Below, in pieces: positions 41,865 through 52,324 of a DNA stretch of 64,000 nucleotides. This DNA is from Ignavibacteria bacterium (GTDB lineage Bacteria > Bacteroidota > Ignavibacteria > Kapaibacteriales > Kapaibacteriaceae). Where the stretch lies: assembly GCA_013204605.1 (NCBI GenBank), contig JABMNI010000021.1, positions 6,424 through 70,423 on the forward strand, given 5' to 3'. The notes below the pieces were generated by a model, which saw only the letters and a program-made list of their open reading frames with translations, was not told the DNA's origin and did not search any database. Within the stretch, counting starts at the first letter, position 1. Each line of letters starts with the position of its first letter. The position numbers were made by a program, and so were the translations under genes.

Positions 41865-44800
41865 TTAATGCAGGATAAATATCGTTCCAACTAGGTTGGC
41901 AAGGGGCTCCCCGTTTGGGTTAAATGTGGTTACCCGAAATACGTACATCCCTTGCCCTATCGACTGTCCGCGCTCATTTAGTCCGTCCCAAAGCACCGAA
42001 TTCGAACCTATGTGCGCATCGAACTCCAGTGTTTGAATGTGCCGACCCTGCATGTCATGAATCAGAATGTTTGAGGTTGTTGTTTCAGATAAGCCAATCA
42101 GTTCCACATTAAATGTCACAGGACCATTTGAAGGATTAGGATTTACGCTTAAATCCCCAAAACCGTTGTTGACCGAAACATATAGCTCGGGTTCAATGCT
42201 GGCGGAATTTTGCGTGGCATCTGTGGCTCTGACCACCAAATTATTCTGACCATCTTCCAGCTTGTATCTAAACACGATGGCCGACCGTACGCTATTATCA
42301 TTGAATTTGAGTTGGGCAGCTGCGGTACCGAAGAACTCATAATCTGTACTTGTTGATGATTTGATTCGGTCGCCATTGATAAACACAACCAGCCTAGAAG
42401 AATCATTTACCGGCAGTTTGGAATTGTCACGTACGATTACTTCGAGCCTAGGTTCTCGGCGCACATAGCCCCCTACCGTAACCAGTATATTATCGGCCTT
42501 CACTTGTATGGTCGGCGGAATGGTATCTTCGGTAACCCGAAACACTCCGAATTCCTGATTGTTGTGCCCATACATTTCAGGTTGGTTGGAAGTGTTTGCC
42601 TTGACTAATACCTTGGCATTGGTCGACGCTAAGGTTGAGGGTAGACTGGTAGAGATTGGTAGCACTTCTTCCGAGTTTAGTGCTCGCAATGGAATGGCAA
42701 ACAGGTACGCGCTTTGATCTGGCGTTGGACTACTCACGTTGATTGTTACATCGATGGGCAGTGCAGATTGCAATTTGCGAGCGTTTTTAATTTCGAAATT
42801 CAAGCTTGCTGTGTCGGCGCGAAGCACCTCACTTGGATTGATCTGTATCGAACTTTCTTCTACAATCCATTCATCGGCCGGCTCATACTTAATTTTTGCA
42901 CCCCGAATGAAGGGTAATGGGTCGAACAAATTTTCGATGTTCAATTTCCACTCAAGTTTTAAAAACTTGTATGGGCTCAATTTATCTGCGGCGTTCCAAA
43001 TCTTCAGTCCAGCTGGCATACTGTCTACGAAATCAACTTGACCATCTTCACGCCTTCCAAAAATTGATGCGTGCAAACCGGTTTCTGAATTGTCGAACTC
43101 AACGCTTTCCCATTTTCTAGCCGGGCCAATCCACTCTGTAGCCACGGTGCCCTGAGTCCTAATAAAAGTATGCGGTTCATTTAGCACGACATCCCTATCG
43201 GGAGCATTCTTCCAAATTTCGTTTGCTGCACCTATTGCTATACCTTTGCGGCCAACATATAACCATGAAGAGGACTCACGAAGTGAATCAACAAAAGCAG
43301 ATCCGTATTCGTGCATCACTTCCTGAAACTCGGCAAGCGTTGTATCCTTTATAAATCCGGTAACAGACTCAAGCCATGTGAACATATAAACGTTGTCAGT
43401 TGCAAGAACCGAATCACGCAAAAACTTTATCAAAGCCTTACTGGTTCCGTTGTGCCAACCTTCGGTGTTATCCGGATCGAAATAGGTGTCGTATCTACGA
43501 ATCAACCGAGGCACAGTATCTCTCGAATCAATGAGAACTACGTTGATGCCCCGAAAAAACTGATTTGAAATGTACTGCACATCTCCAATCGTGAACTGCA
43601 GTGTTGAATCTGTTCCATCACCGCTGGGACCTATGCCGCTTGCACGCACATAAATATTTCGAACCTTCTTAACTAGCTGTTGAGTTTTCGAGATGGAATC
43701 GAATTCCACATTTTCCGGTGTGATTTCCAACATGCGTTCAGCTCGCACATCGGCATTAGAACTATTTGTTTCGCCAATGATAATAGGCACCCAGACCATA
43801 GCCGAGGTATCGTTGGTAGCGGGACTGTACACATTCGCAGCAAGCCACGCAGGACCCTTTGGCAGGCCCTGACCAAATGTTGGTATCCACGTTGCGATAC
43901 TCTGGTCACGAATCACCTCATCGCTACTCGATTGAATAATCAACTGACTCAAATCCTGTTTTTTGGTAAGATAGAACGTGACCTTGGTCTCGTTATTCTC
44001 GGCATCCCACAACCCATCTATCATGCGGATGTGCGGAGCCGTATTACTTATCTCGCCGTATGGCATTGGTTCAAGATGCAGCGCACCCTTTGCGAATACA
44101 CTGAATACGAGTGTTACGGAATTGTTAGAGGAATCATCATTCAGTACTCGCATTGGGTCGGCAACAATCGAAACTAGGTGCTCCCCAACCATGTCGCTGA
44201 TAGCTAACGTAAACTGAACGTACCCATCCTTACAAATACCACTCACGTTCTCAACCAAGGTATCAGTTTCCCCTTTGTAACGTCTTTGCAGTACAATCGG
44301 AAACGCCGACTCGGTGCCAAGACCACGGTTTTGAATTCTCACATTCACTAGTGCAATTGAATCACTTTCAGACAATTGCCGGCTTCCATCTGTAGTCAGT
44401 ATTTCAACGTCACTGGCACGCAACATAACGTCAACCACAGTGTCGATTTCGATCCTCATCAAAGGATCACCAAGTATGCAATACTGCATCACGGTGTTTA
44501 CACCATCTTGATCTCCACGCGATGCAAAATTGACTTTTGCTTCGTAAATAATATCACCGATTGATCTCTTTGACGTATTGCGAATGGTTTCGTGAATCCG
44601 ATAATGTAAAAAGCCGATTGTCTGGATATATGCCCAACCAGTGCCTCCCACGGCTGCCGCAAAACCCTTTCCGGGTTCAATTAAATACTGAGCATTTTTT
44701 GAGAGTGTACTGGGATTGCTGAAGGCTCCAGTCTGACAAGCATAGGTTGCCAGCACGCCGTATTTACCTTCGTTATTAAGCTCGTTTGCATCCCACCCGG

Positions 44801-47561
44801 TAATATCAAAAACATCGGTGGACCCGTGGCCTATGTAGTTCATCCACTGCACACCGGCATTGATAGTTTGTTTAAGCAAATACCCGGCATTCGGAGGTGC
44901 CTCTGGTTTGCACAAGGTAACAGAGTCCAAACACAACGGCGGATCAACATAGGTTATCCCCGTATTGAAAGGATCTTTCAATATATCCTTATAAATCGAG
45001 CACAGTCCTTCTTGACTACTTCCACCGCCAACAAACAGAAATTTGCGCATCCATGGTTGATACGTTGTAGTGTCATTGCTAATAATTTTGTCTACAACGG
45101 CCTTACTCTCAGACCGGGTAATGGCAGGAATTCTGCCAACCACAAGTTCAGGCATTGCGTAATCAGTCGGGTCATCCAATAAGCCAAACCAATAATCACT
45201 CGACGGTCTTCCATACGTTGGTACTTGATCTGGTCTGCGGGAATTTGCATTTCCTTTCGGAATTGCAATTCGCGGATCCCACGTTGCGTTGCCCACCAAA
45301 AGCAGTGTAGTTGGTTTAGGTTCAGGCGCTGCCACATAATATGCACGTAGGAAATTTCTCAACGCGTCTGGTGATCGGTGACCAGTTCCAAACTCATCGA
45401 TTATTTGATCCACATCCACAATTCGTGTTGTTACAGAACTCATTTTTGCACGATGTGCCGCTAGGCGTTTCGTCTCATCTATATGCTCACGGTGAGTTAC
45501 ATATATCACATCTGCTTGAGGATTATCTACCTGAAGATTTGACAATGACGAAGGCTCAACTCTCGCATTTTCAATTCCGTTTAGATCTGCAACAAAACCA
45601 AAAAATGAATTGTTAGGGGGCAATATGGTAGTAGCGGTAGAACCTCTACTTGTCAGCAAAATGCCCAATGCTCCAAAACTATTATTACCGAAATTCTTTG
45701 ATAGTTTGTTCTCTAGAACTCCAGCCACCCAGAACTTTGCATCAGGTATTGTAGTCCCACGTTGTTGCAATGCACTTGCCAGACCACTGCTACTGCTACG
45801 TCCAACGTTCCCAATTGCGAATGCCACACCTACTGGAAGATTCTGAACTGCTTGTTGAACCTCAGTTGCGTTGGAGTACGTTGCAGAAACCACTCCGCTA
45901 TTTGTTTGTTCTTTCCAAGCCAAAAAGTAGCCGGCTACGGAATCGAATACAACTTCTGTGTCGTTGATAATTACGGCTGCCCTCATGTACGAGGTTTCCA
46001 AAGGAGACGTCAAAGTATGAATATCAGGAGGCGTAAGACTTGCTTGAATAGTTGTTGCGCCGGAGGTCACCGATAGTCTGTAAATACGAGAATTTGTTGT
46101 GTCGATAACATATCCCCCGCCACTGCGACTATTCATTACGTCAAGGCGAACGGGTGTAGTAGTTGCTCGAATCGTGCCGGCAATTCTTCCGCTGTCTAAA
46201 ACAGTCATTGCCTGACCTTCTACAACAAATCCGTCAAGTAAAATATCCGACACGTAATCTTGCTTACCTAAATGCTTCACTATTCCAGGTGCAAAAAACT
46301 TTATAGACTGTAGTCCCATTCCGTACTCACCAAAACCCACAGCCTTGGTAAAGCTGTATCTGCCAACGGTATCAGTTTCAAGCGACGCCGTGGTAAGCCC
46401 GTTTACACTCAATTCTGCGCGAGAATTCGGCTTATACTTATCTGCATAACTACTGGAAACATAATCAGCCGTGATTTTTAACGTGGAATTCTCCTTCGGA
46501 CAAAGCCTAAATGAAAACTTTTCGCTTTTGTTAGCATCGGCCTTCATTTGCGACCAATAATATCCTTCGAAGGGGGCTATATCAGAATTAAATTCTGAGT
46601 ATAAAATATTTCTAGCCGTTCCCAAGTGGTAGTAACCTGAGTCGCGTTCGTATCTGTTAGTAATCAACAAATCACTGATCGAATCCGTTGGAGTTGGTTG
46701 ACCATCAAATAGAGTTAAACGCTTCCGTTCTCCTACGCTTCGGGTTGTTAAAAAGAACACAGCGGTCGTGTCGTACAAATCAAGCCAGGTTGAGTCACCC
46801 GTTGCATGTTTTCCTGCAAAAACGATCACATCGTTCACACCATATTTTCCGTCATTGTCTGCGTCGAAAATTGCAATCGGTTGTTCATGCGCTTTGTAGA
46901 AAAGTGCCAACTCATTCAACAGTACTCCGTTCAATCTTGGTTGAGCGGCTATCACTTTCTGCGATTCGATTTTCGCAACCCCATCAATTCGCGTTTTTAC
47001 TCTTACGTGTGGCTGTTCTGGCTGGTACCACGAATTTTCAACCACTACTGGCTGAGCAAATAGTGATTTGGTCGGGCCAATTTTCCAGGTCACATCAACG
47101 GTAAAAGTGTCGGCAACAAAAACACACCCGTTTGTTACTTTAAATGGTACAACTCGAACTGTGGCGTATGGCTTCCAAGCTTTAGAACCAATGTACTTTA
47201 TCGAGGCAATTTCGCTTTGGTTTGCGACTGACTTACTCAGATTTGCAACTAGCTTCCATGACGTAACATGAAGCGCGCAGGCAAGCCGGTGTGTGTCCTG
47301 AACGGCAAGTTTGATGAACAATTCTTGAAACGGGCTTTCGGGATCAGCCGCTGGAAGGGCGTCGGGTAGTTTAATCGCGAGCGTTGGAAGGCCACCAGTG
47401 GAACTTGGCTCTATACGTATGTGCTGGGAAAGCCCCTTACAAACAACAGAAGCGCCATATTCGCCAGAGTTGACTCTTACCGTCTGCGAATGCAGCGCAA
47501 ATGGTAGCATTAGCGAGGAGACAGTTAATAGTATGGCAAATTTCAAGCTGGGGGTTCTCAC
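41865..47561 (-). CDS. Large C25 (gingipain/PorU-like) cysteine peptidase with CARDB-like, ILEI-like and T9SS/FlgD-Ig C-terminal domains
   Basis: LLLVGNATWD, VGRIPA, NYIGHGS (His), YACQTG (Cys), ILGDP; C-terminus VNPNPSNG..IHDMQGRHI..WDGLNERG..GMYVFRV. Confidence 0.87.
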   Translation of the reverse strand: MRTPSLKFAILLTVSSLMLPFALHSQTVRVNSGEYGASVVCKGLSQHIRIEPSSTGGLPTLAIKLPDALPAADPESPFQELFIKLAVQDTHRLACALHVTSWKLVANLSKSVANQSEIASIKYIGSKAWKPYATVRVVPFKVTNGCVFVADTFTVDVTWKIGPTKSLFAQPVVVENSWYQPEQPHVRVKTRIDGVAKIESQKVIAAQPRLNGVLLNELALFYKAHEQPIAIFDADNDGKYGVNDVIVFAGKHATGDSTWLDLYDTTAVFFLTTRSVGERKRLTLFDGQPTPTDSISDLLITNRYERDSGYYHLGTARNILYSEFNSDIAPFEGYYWSQMKADANKSEKFSFRLCPKENSTLKITADYVSSSYADKYKPNSRAELSVNGLTTASLETDTVGRYSFTKAVGFGEYGMGLQSIKFFAPGIVKHLGKQDYVSDILLDGFVVEGQAMTVLDSGRIAGTIRATTTPVRLDVMNSRSGGGYVIDTTNSRIYRLSVTSGATTIQASLTPPDIHTLTSPLETSYMRAAVIINDTEVVFDSVAGYFLAWKEQTNSGVVSATYSNATEVQQAVQNLPVGVAFAIGNVGRSSSSGLASALQQRGTTIPDAKFWVAGVLENKLSKNFGNNSFGALGILLTSRGSTATTILPPNNSFFGFVADLNGIENARVEPSSLSNLQVDNPQADVIYVTHREHIDETKRLAAHRAKMSSVTTRIVDVDQIIDEFGTGHRSPDALRNFLRAYYVAAPEPKPTTLLLVGNATWDPRIAIPKGNANSRRPDQVPTYGRPSSDYWFGLLDDPTDYAMPELVVGRIPAITRSESKAVVDKIISNDTTTYQPWMRKFLFVGGGSSQEGLCSIYKDILKDPFNTGITYVDPPLCLDSVTLCKPEAPPNAGYLLKQTINAGVQWMNYIGHGSTDVFDITGWDANELNNEGKYGVLATYACQTGAFSNPSTLSKNAQYLIEPGKGFAAAVGGTGWAYIQTIGFLHYRIHETIRNTSKRSIGDIIYEAKVNFASRGDQDGVNTVMQYCILGDPLMRIEIDTVVDVMLRASDVEILTTDGSRQLSESDSIALVNVRIQNRGLGTESAFPIVLQRRYKGETDTLVENVSGICKDGYVQFTLAISDMVGEHLVSIVADPMRVLNDDSSNNSVTLVFSVFAKGALHLEPMPYGEISNTAPHIRMIDGLWDAENNETKVTFYLTKKQDLSQLIIQSSSDEVIRDQSIATWIPTFGQGLPKGPAWLAANVYSPATNDTSAMVWVPIIIGETNSSNADVRAERMLEITPENVEFDSISKTQQLVKKVRNIYVRASGIGPSGDGTDSTLQFTIGDVQYISNQFFRGINVVLIDSRDTVPRLIRRYDTYFDPDNTEGWHNGTSKALIKFLRDSVLATDNVYMFTWLESVTGFIKDTTLAEFQEVMHEYGSAFVDSLRESSSWLYVGRKGIAIGAANEIWKNAPDRDVVLNEPHTFIRTQGTVATEWIGPARKWESVEFDNSETGLHASIFGRREDGQVDFVDSMPAGLKIWNAADKLSPYKFLKLEWKLNIENLFDPLPFIRGAKIKYEPADEWIVEESSIQINPSEVLRADTASLNFEIKNARKLQSALPIDVTINVSSPTPDQSAYLFAIPLRALNSEEVLPISTSLPSTLASTNAKVLVKANTSNQPEMYGHNNQEFGVFRVTEDTIPPTIQVKADNILVTVGGYVRREPRLEVIVRDNSKLPVNDSSRLVVFINGDRIKSSTSTDYEFFGTAAAQLKFNDNSVRSAIVFRYKLEDGQNNLVVRATDATQNSASIEPELYVSVNNGFGDLSVNPNPSNGPVTFNVELIGLSETTTSNILIHDMQGRHIQTLEFDAHIGSNSVLWDGLNERGQSIGQGMYVFRVTTFNPNGEPLANLVGTIFILH

Positions 47562-47563
47562 AT

Positions 47564-47602
47564 AAAAAGAAAGCGTCGTAACACGGTTAGTACTACGACG
47601 CT
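47564..47602 (-). terminator. Rho-independent terminator after the 47632-48993 gene
   Basis: Minus strand AGCGTCGTAGTAC-TAACC-GTGTTACGACGCT followed by TTCTTTTT. Confidence 0.8.
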
Positions 47603-47631
47603 ATGACTACGCTTATTGTGTGAAGTTACGT

Positions 47632-48993
47632 TTACTGACGGGCGGGTGGGAACGCTTGACGCATGGCTATAATTATCTTTTCGGCCACCTTGTCAGAAAC
47701 AACTTTCTTTATATTCTCATCACTAGCCAAAGCATCCGCAATTGCCAATTCAACCTTTTTCTTGATAATCTCTGAGGTTTCACCAACAAGCGCGTCGGCC
47801 ATTTTGTGCATGTCTTCGCTTACGTCCTTCATAGTCTCAAGTTGATTTTTATTCGCGTCTTCCATTTTCTTCATCAACTTGTCCATACGTTCCTCTTCTT
47901 CAGTATACATAAGTGCGAACGCGAGGAGTGCAAGCATCGTTCCCTCTAGAGAAATTGATGCAAGAATCAACGATGGCTTCGTTGCTGGGATAAATTTCAA
48001 ACCGCGAATACCAATGATAACGATAAGGATCGCTGCTCCGCCGTATGCCAGACCAGTAACGTTGTTAGAATACTTCTCTGTAAAGTGGTGAGACATATAC
48101 AATCTTAAGCCACCAAAAAATTTGGCTCTATTACGTGACCAGCCGATACCCTGAGTGGTATCAACAATCTCTTTAAGAACGAAATCAGAGAAAAACTCTT
48201 TAATACGTAGGTATAATACTTCTGTTCTATACTCAATGATGTCGATTTCATTATTAAACACGTCGTCGAATCTAACTAGGCGCTTGCCATGGGCTTTGGC
48301 TGTGTCCTCGTTCTCAGTAGATGTTCTCTCCCACACAACTTTAAAAGCAGAGCGGACTTGATGGGCTTCCAGTAATTTCAGGTCGCCATCAGGCATAACT
48401 AGCAGATCAACAACTTCATCTGAAAAACCTGTTTGAAGTCGGATTTTTGACTTCGTATGGTGAATCTCCCTATCGACTTTTTGGGCCATGAATCCAATAG
48501 AACCTGGTAAAAAGAAGGTTAAGAAGATTGCCATCGTAAAACCAAATGCAAACGATAGTACGGCAAAACCAATAACGGGCTCCAGAATGATAGCCGATTC
48601 GCCTAGTCCACCTTCGCCATTCGCCTTAACCACCCACTCGCCAGTGCTTTTGGTATAGCCATCTTTTCGTTCGGTTCTATCCATCGACGAGAAGTCGAAT
48701 ATATAGTCAGTTTTAATGTACTGCTTCAGGCCGGCATCATCAGCAACCATACCTGTAAACCGTTCATTCACAACGGCATACACGTGATCAGTTACTTCAT
48801 GGAACGCATCCCTCTGGCGTTCATCGTGCGGCTCAAACAGAGCCAAAACTCCGCCTCTCACTCCCGCAGGTATCACATACTTAAATGATACGAATGAAAA
48901 AATCGCGACTAACGCGAAGAATAACACATAGTGCTGGGCACTTGATTTTAAATTCGCCTTACTCGAGTTCGCCTTACGCGAGTCTTCTGTCAT
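47632..48993 (-). CDS. Uncharacterised 4-TM membrane protein with GldL/PorL-like C-terminal half (tentative)
   Basis: Long ORF; AGGAG SD before ATG at 48993; TM pair LAYGGAAILIVIIGIR...SISLEGTMLALLAF followed by a coiled-coil tail. Confidence 0.55.
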   Translation of the reverse strand: MTEDSRKANSSKANLKSSAQHYVLFFALVAIFSFVSFKYVIPAGVRGGVLALFEPHDERQRDAFHEVTDHVYAVVNERFTGMVADDAGLKQYIKTDYIFDFSSMDRTERKDGYTKSTGEWVVKANGEGGLGESAIILEPVIGFAVLSFAFGFTMAIFLTFFLPGSIGFMAQKVDREIHHTKSKIRLQTGFSDEVVDLLVMPDGDLKLLEAHQVRSAFKVVWERTSTENEDTAKAHGKRLVRFDDVFNNEIDIIEYRTEVLYLRIKEFFSDFVLKEIVDTTQGIGWSRNRAKFFGGLRLYMSHHFTEKYSNNVTGLAYGGAAILIVIIGIRGLKFIPATKPSLILASISLEGTMLALLAFALMYTEEEERMDKLMKKMEDANKNQLETMKDVSEDMHKMADALVGETSEIIKKKVELAIADALASDENIKKVVSDKVAEKIIIAMRQAFPPARQ

Positions 48994-49208
48994 TGCGACT
49001 CCTACCACCATTATTGAAATTTATTGTACGCTTTTGCCGTTTGAAGTACTACCTCAGAACTGTCGAATATACCAAAAAAAGCAGCCGTAACATCGACCAA
49101 TTATTAAAAATCTAACGTCAATGCGACAATCCATGCATCCCGAAATCCGTAGTTTTGATGACTTAACCAGATAATTTTCTGGAATAAATGCATTTCTGAG
49201 GAGTTAAA

Positions 49209-50570
49209 ATGACTGAAACTACTGCCAGCACCTACCATCCTAAATTTGAAGTTAAACCCGCCGAAACCCTTAATACGCTCCGCAAAAACATGTTGATTGA
49301 CGGTTTCGACCATGTAGTTGATCTTGAACAAAGTCATGGTTCTTGGTATGTCGAGGCTAGGACAGGCAAAGAATACTTAGACTTCTTTACTTGTATCGCC
49401 TCCATGCCAATAGGTATGAACCACCCGAAAATGGTAGACCCGGCGTTTGTTGAGTATTTGGGCAAGATTGCTGTAAACAAGCCCTCTAACTCAGATATAT
49501 ACAATACGGAGTATGCAACCTTTGTTAAGACGTTTTTTGAATTAGCCGTTCCTAAGCATTTCAAATACGGTTTTTTCATTGATGGTGGGGCCTTGGCTGT
49601 TGAAAATGCCCTAAAGACGGCTATTGATTGGAAGGTCAAGAAAAATTTCGCCAAGGGAATCACGGAAGAACGCGGACACCAGGTAATGCATTTCAAAGAG
49701 GCCTTTCATGGTAGATCGGGTTATACAATGTCACTCACAAACACCGATCCAACTAAAACAGCGCTGTTCCCAAAATTTAACTGGCCAAGGATTTCCAACC
49801 CGTATTTATCGTTCCCATTGACAGATGAAGTGTTGCAAACCGTGATTCAGAGTGAGAAAGTTGCAGTTGAACAAATAAAGCAAGCGTTCCGAGATAACCC
49901 AGATGACATTTGTTCAATAATTATTGAGCCAATTCAAGGCGAAGGGGGCGACAATCATTTCCGCACTGAATTCATGCAACAATTGCGAGAATTAGCTGAT
50001 GCAAACGATGCCCTGCTGATTTTTGATGAAGTTCAAACTGGAGTAGGCATTTGCGGCGAGTGGTGGGCACACCAAGCAATTGGGGTAAATCCAGACATAA
50101 TGTGCTTTGGCAAAAAAATGCAAGTATGCGGGATTATCGTTTCCGATAGAATAGACGATGTTCCAAACAATGTTTTTCATACCTCAAGCAGAATCAATTC
50201 CACCTGGGGCGGTTCCTTGGTTGACATGGTTCGATCCACAAAATACCTTGAGATTATTGCCGAAGAAAACCTTGTTAACAACGCAAAACAAATGGGCAAG
50301 GTTTTGCATACATCCATTGAACAACTAGCGGAGAAGTATGCTCCTGGCACGATTAGCAATATCAGAGGACTCGGACTATACCGAGCTTTCGACATGGAAT
50401 CAACTGAAATCCGGAATGCCTTCCTGAAGGAAGCTTATAAAAACGGAATTCTTCTTGTAGGAAGTGGTTCGAAGAGTGTCCGATTCCGTCCAGCATTAAA
50501 CATTACTGAAGATCTTATCTCCCAGGGTGTAGCGATAATCGCGACATCACTTAATGGTTTAGTTCGCTAA
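49209..50570 (+). CDS. lat: L-lysine 6-transaminase
   Basis: NKPSNSD, GALAVENALK, AFHGRSGY, EPIQGEGGD, DEVQTG, FGKKMQVCG, SSRINSTWGG; GAGGAG SD; TAGTTTTG at 49150. Confidence 0.92.
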   Translation: MTETTASTYHPKFEVKPAETLNTLRKNMLIDGFDHVVDLEQSHGSWYVEARTGKEYLDFFTCIASMPIGMNHPKMVDPAFVEYLGKIAVNKPSNSDIYNTEYATFVKTFFELAVPKHFKYGFFIDGGALAVENALKTAIDWKVKKNFAKGITEERGHQVMHFKEAFHGRSGYTMSLTNTDPTKTALFPKFNWPRISNPYLSFPLTDEVLQTVIQSEKVAVEQIKQAFRDNPDDICSIIIEPIQGEGGDNHFRTEFMQQLRELADANDALLIFDEVQTGVGICGEWWAHQAIGVNPDIMCFGKKMQVCGIIVSDRIDDVPNNVFHTSSRINSTWGGSLVDMVRSTKYLEIIAEENLVNNAKQMGKVLHTSIEQLAEKYAPGTISNIRGLGLYRAFDMESTEIRNAFLKEAYKNGILLVGSGSKSVRFRPALNITEDLISQGVAIIATSLNGLVR

Positions 50571-51558
50571 TACAATCTTCAATTAGGTTCCTTCGGACAA
50601 CGTCCAGGGCAATCCCAACCATCCTGACTCCTGATGCATAGTTGTGACCTCCCCCGCCGTACTTGGCTGCAATACCACGAATATGATATGCTCCCTTCGA
50701 ACGTAGGGAGCATTTTATTTCTGTTTCAAGTTCCACTATGAGAATCCCAATTAGAACTCCCGCACTCGCAGTAGCATGATGTACAAATCCATCGAGGTCC
50801 GCCACCGAGCAACCCGATTTTTTGAATTGATTCACGTTTATCGTCATAATACACAGTTTTCCATCCTCGTAAAATTCTAGACTGGAAAGCGCGCTGCCAA
50901 GTAATTTGGTCCGCGCAGGACTTGACGTGTTCATTATTAGTTCGTATGCCTTTACTGGGTCAGCCCCTTCCTCAATAAGGCGGGCAACAATTCTGTGGAC
51001 GGCGGCCGTGGTGCGTGGAAACCGGAACGACCCCGTATCGGTCATTATCCCCACGTACAAACACATTGCAATTTTTTCTAATTGAAAAGGGGCTGGGTGG
51101 ACCTTCGAATTTTCAAAAAGTTCTCTGATGAAGCCATCCAACATCGCGCACGTCGCAGCTGCATCAGTGTCTATCCATTGAGCGGCCGCAAAATCTTTGG
51201 GAAATGTGTGGTGATCAATATTCACAACAACGGCACTCGTTTTTGAAACAGCTAAACCCAAAGCCTTTAGTCTTGTAACATCGTTTAAGTCCATGACTAC
51301 CACCACGTCCGCATTAGCTATGAGTGTTTCGTGGGATGGTTCAAACACTTCTAAAACATCAGCTCCCGGCATCCATTGCAAATTTGGTGGGGCTGCCGAA
51401 GGTAAAATTACCCGCACGATCTTACCGGCACAGGTTAGTGCATGATACATGGCAAGCACGCTACCTATAGCGTCGCCGTCTGGATTAACATGCGTGGTGA
51501 GAACCAGTAACTGGGCCTCGCCTACACTTTTTAGAATACTTTTATAGTCGTGATTCAT
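50551..51558 (-). CDS. nrnA: DHH family bifunctional oligoribonuclease/pAp phosphatase
   Basis: HVNPDGDAIGS, IDHH, TDTGSF, GGGGH. Confidence 0.92.
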   Translation of the reverse strand: MNHDYKSILKSVGEAQLLVLTTHVNPDGDAIGSVLAMYHALTCAGKIVRVILPSAAPPNLQWMPGADVLEVFEPSHETLIANADVVVVMDLNDVTRLKALGLAVSKTSAVVVNIDHHTFPKDFAAAQWIDTDAAATCAMLDGFIRELFENSKVHPAPFQLEKIAMCLYVGIMTDTGSFRFPRTTAAVHRIVARLIEEGADPVKAYELIMNTSSPARTKLLGSALSSLEFYEDGKLCIMTINVNQFKKSGCSVADLDGFVHHATASAGVLIGILIVELETEIKCSLRSKGAYHIRGIAAKYGGGGHNYASGVRMVGIALDVVRRNLIEDCISELNH

Positions 51559-51564
51559 CTAAGT

Positions 51565-51576
51565 CAAATATATTTG
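51565..51576. promoter_or_regulatory. Palindromic CAAATATATTTG: back-to-back -7 elements for divergent nrnA and PASTA genes
   Basis: Reads TATATTTG on both strands within a 22-bp intergenic gap. Confidence 0.65.
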
Positions 51577-51580
51577 AAGG

Positions 51581-52324
51581 ATGCAGTCAAAAACGAAGTC
51601 AGAATTACCTGGATGGCGACGAGTAATCTCGATGCTTTTGCTGGTATTGGCCAGCATCACCGCAATTGGAATTTTAATTGACCAATGGCTTCTGCCCACA
51701 ATTGTACGACAATCCGATACAATTACAGTGCAGAGTGTAGTGCGAATTGATTTTGAAGACGCTAAACAGCGTCTTTTCGACCGTGGACTGCAAGTGATGC
51801 CACCAATCGAACAGTTTTCCAGTACGATCCCGATGGGGCAGGTAATGAGTCAGCTTCCGTATGCAGGTGCAAATGTTAATCCGGGCAGAAGAATTTATTT
51901 GACGGTAAGCCAAGGTCTTGAAAAAATTCGTGTCCCTGTGCTTGAGGGTTTGAGTATTCGAGATGCCCGACTAGCTTTATTTAGAACCGGTTTGTTATTG
52001 GGCAATGTCGAATTTGAATTTAACGACTCGATTGGTGCCGACAAGGTTCTGCGCCAAAGCACTCCATCCGGGGCGAATGTGACAAGCGGCACCACCATCT
52101 CGGTTACGGCGAGCCGTGGTAGATCTGGAATTTTAGTTCCAGATGTTGTAGGTTTGTCTATGTCAGAAGCAGAACGAGCTCTTACGGAGTCTGGTCTAGT
52201 GTTAGGTACAATCACTGCCACGAATAGCGGCACTTTTAGCCCTAACACCGTGCTAAAACAAAATCCGGTTCCCGACTCTTCCGTCGCACCCGGAACATAC
52301 GTCCACTTAACCATAGTACATTAA
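51581..52324 (+). CDS. Membrane-anchored protein with three PASTA domains
   Basis: N-terminal TM; repeats VPVLEGLS..VLRQSTPSG and VPDVVGLS..VLKQNPVP. Confidence 0.9.
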   Translation: MQSKTKSELPGWRRVISMLLLVLASITAIGILIDQWLLPTIVRQSDTITVQSVVRIDFEDAKQRLFDRGLQVMPPIEQFSSTIPMGQVMSQLPYAGANVNPGRRIYLTVSQGLEKIRVPVLEGLSIRDARLALFRTGLLLGNVEFEFNDSIGADKVLRQSTPSGANVTSGTTISVTASRGRSGILVPDVVGLSMSEAERALTESGLVLGTITATNSGTFSPNTVLKQNPVPDSSVAPGTYVHLTIVH

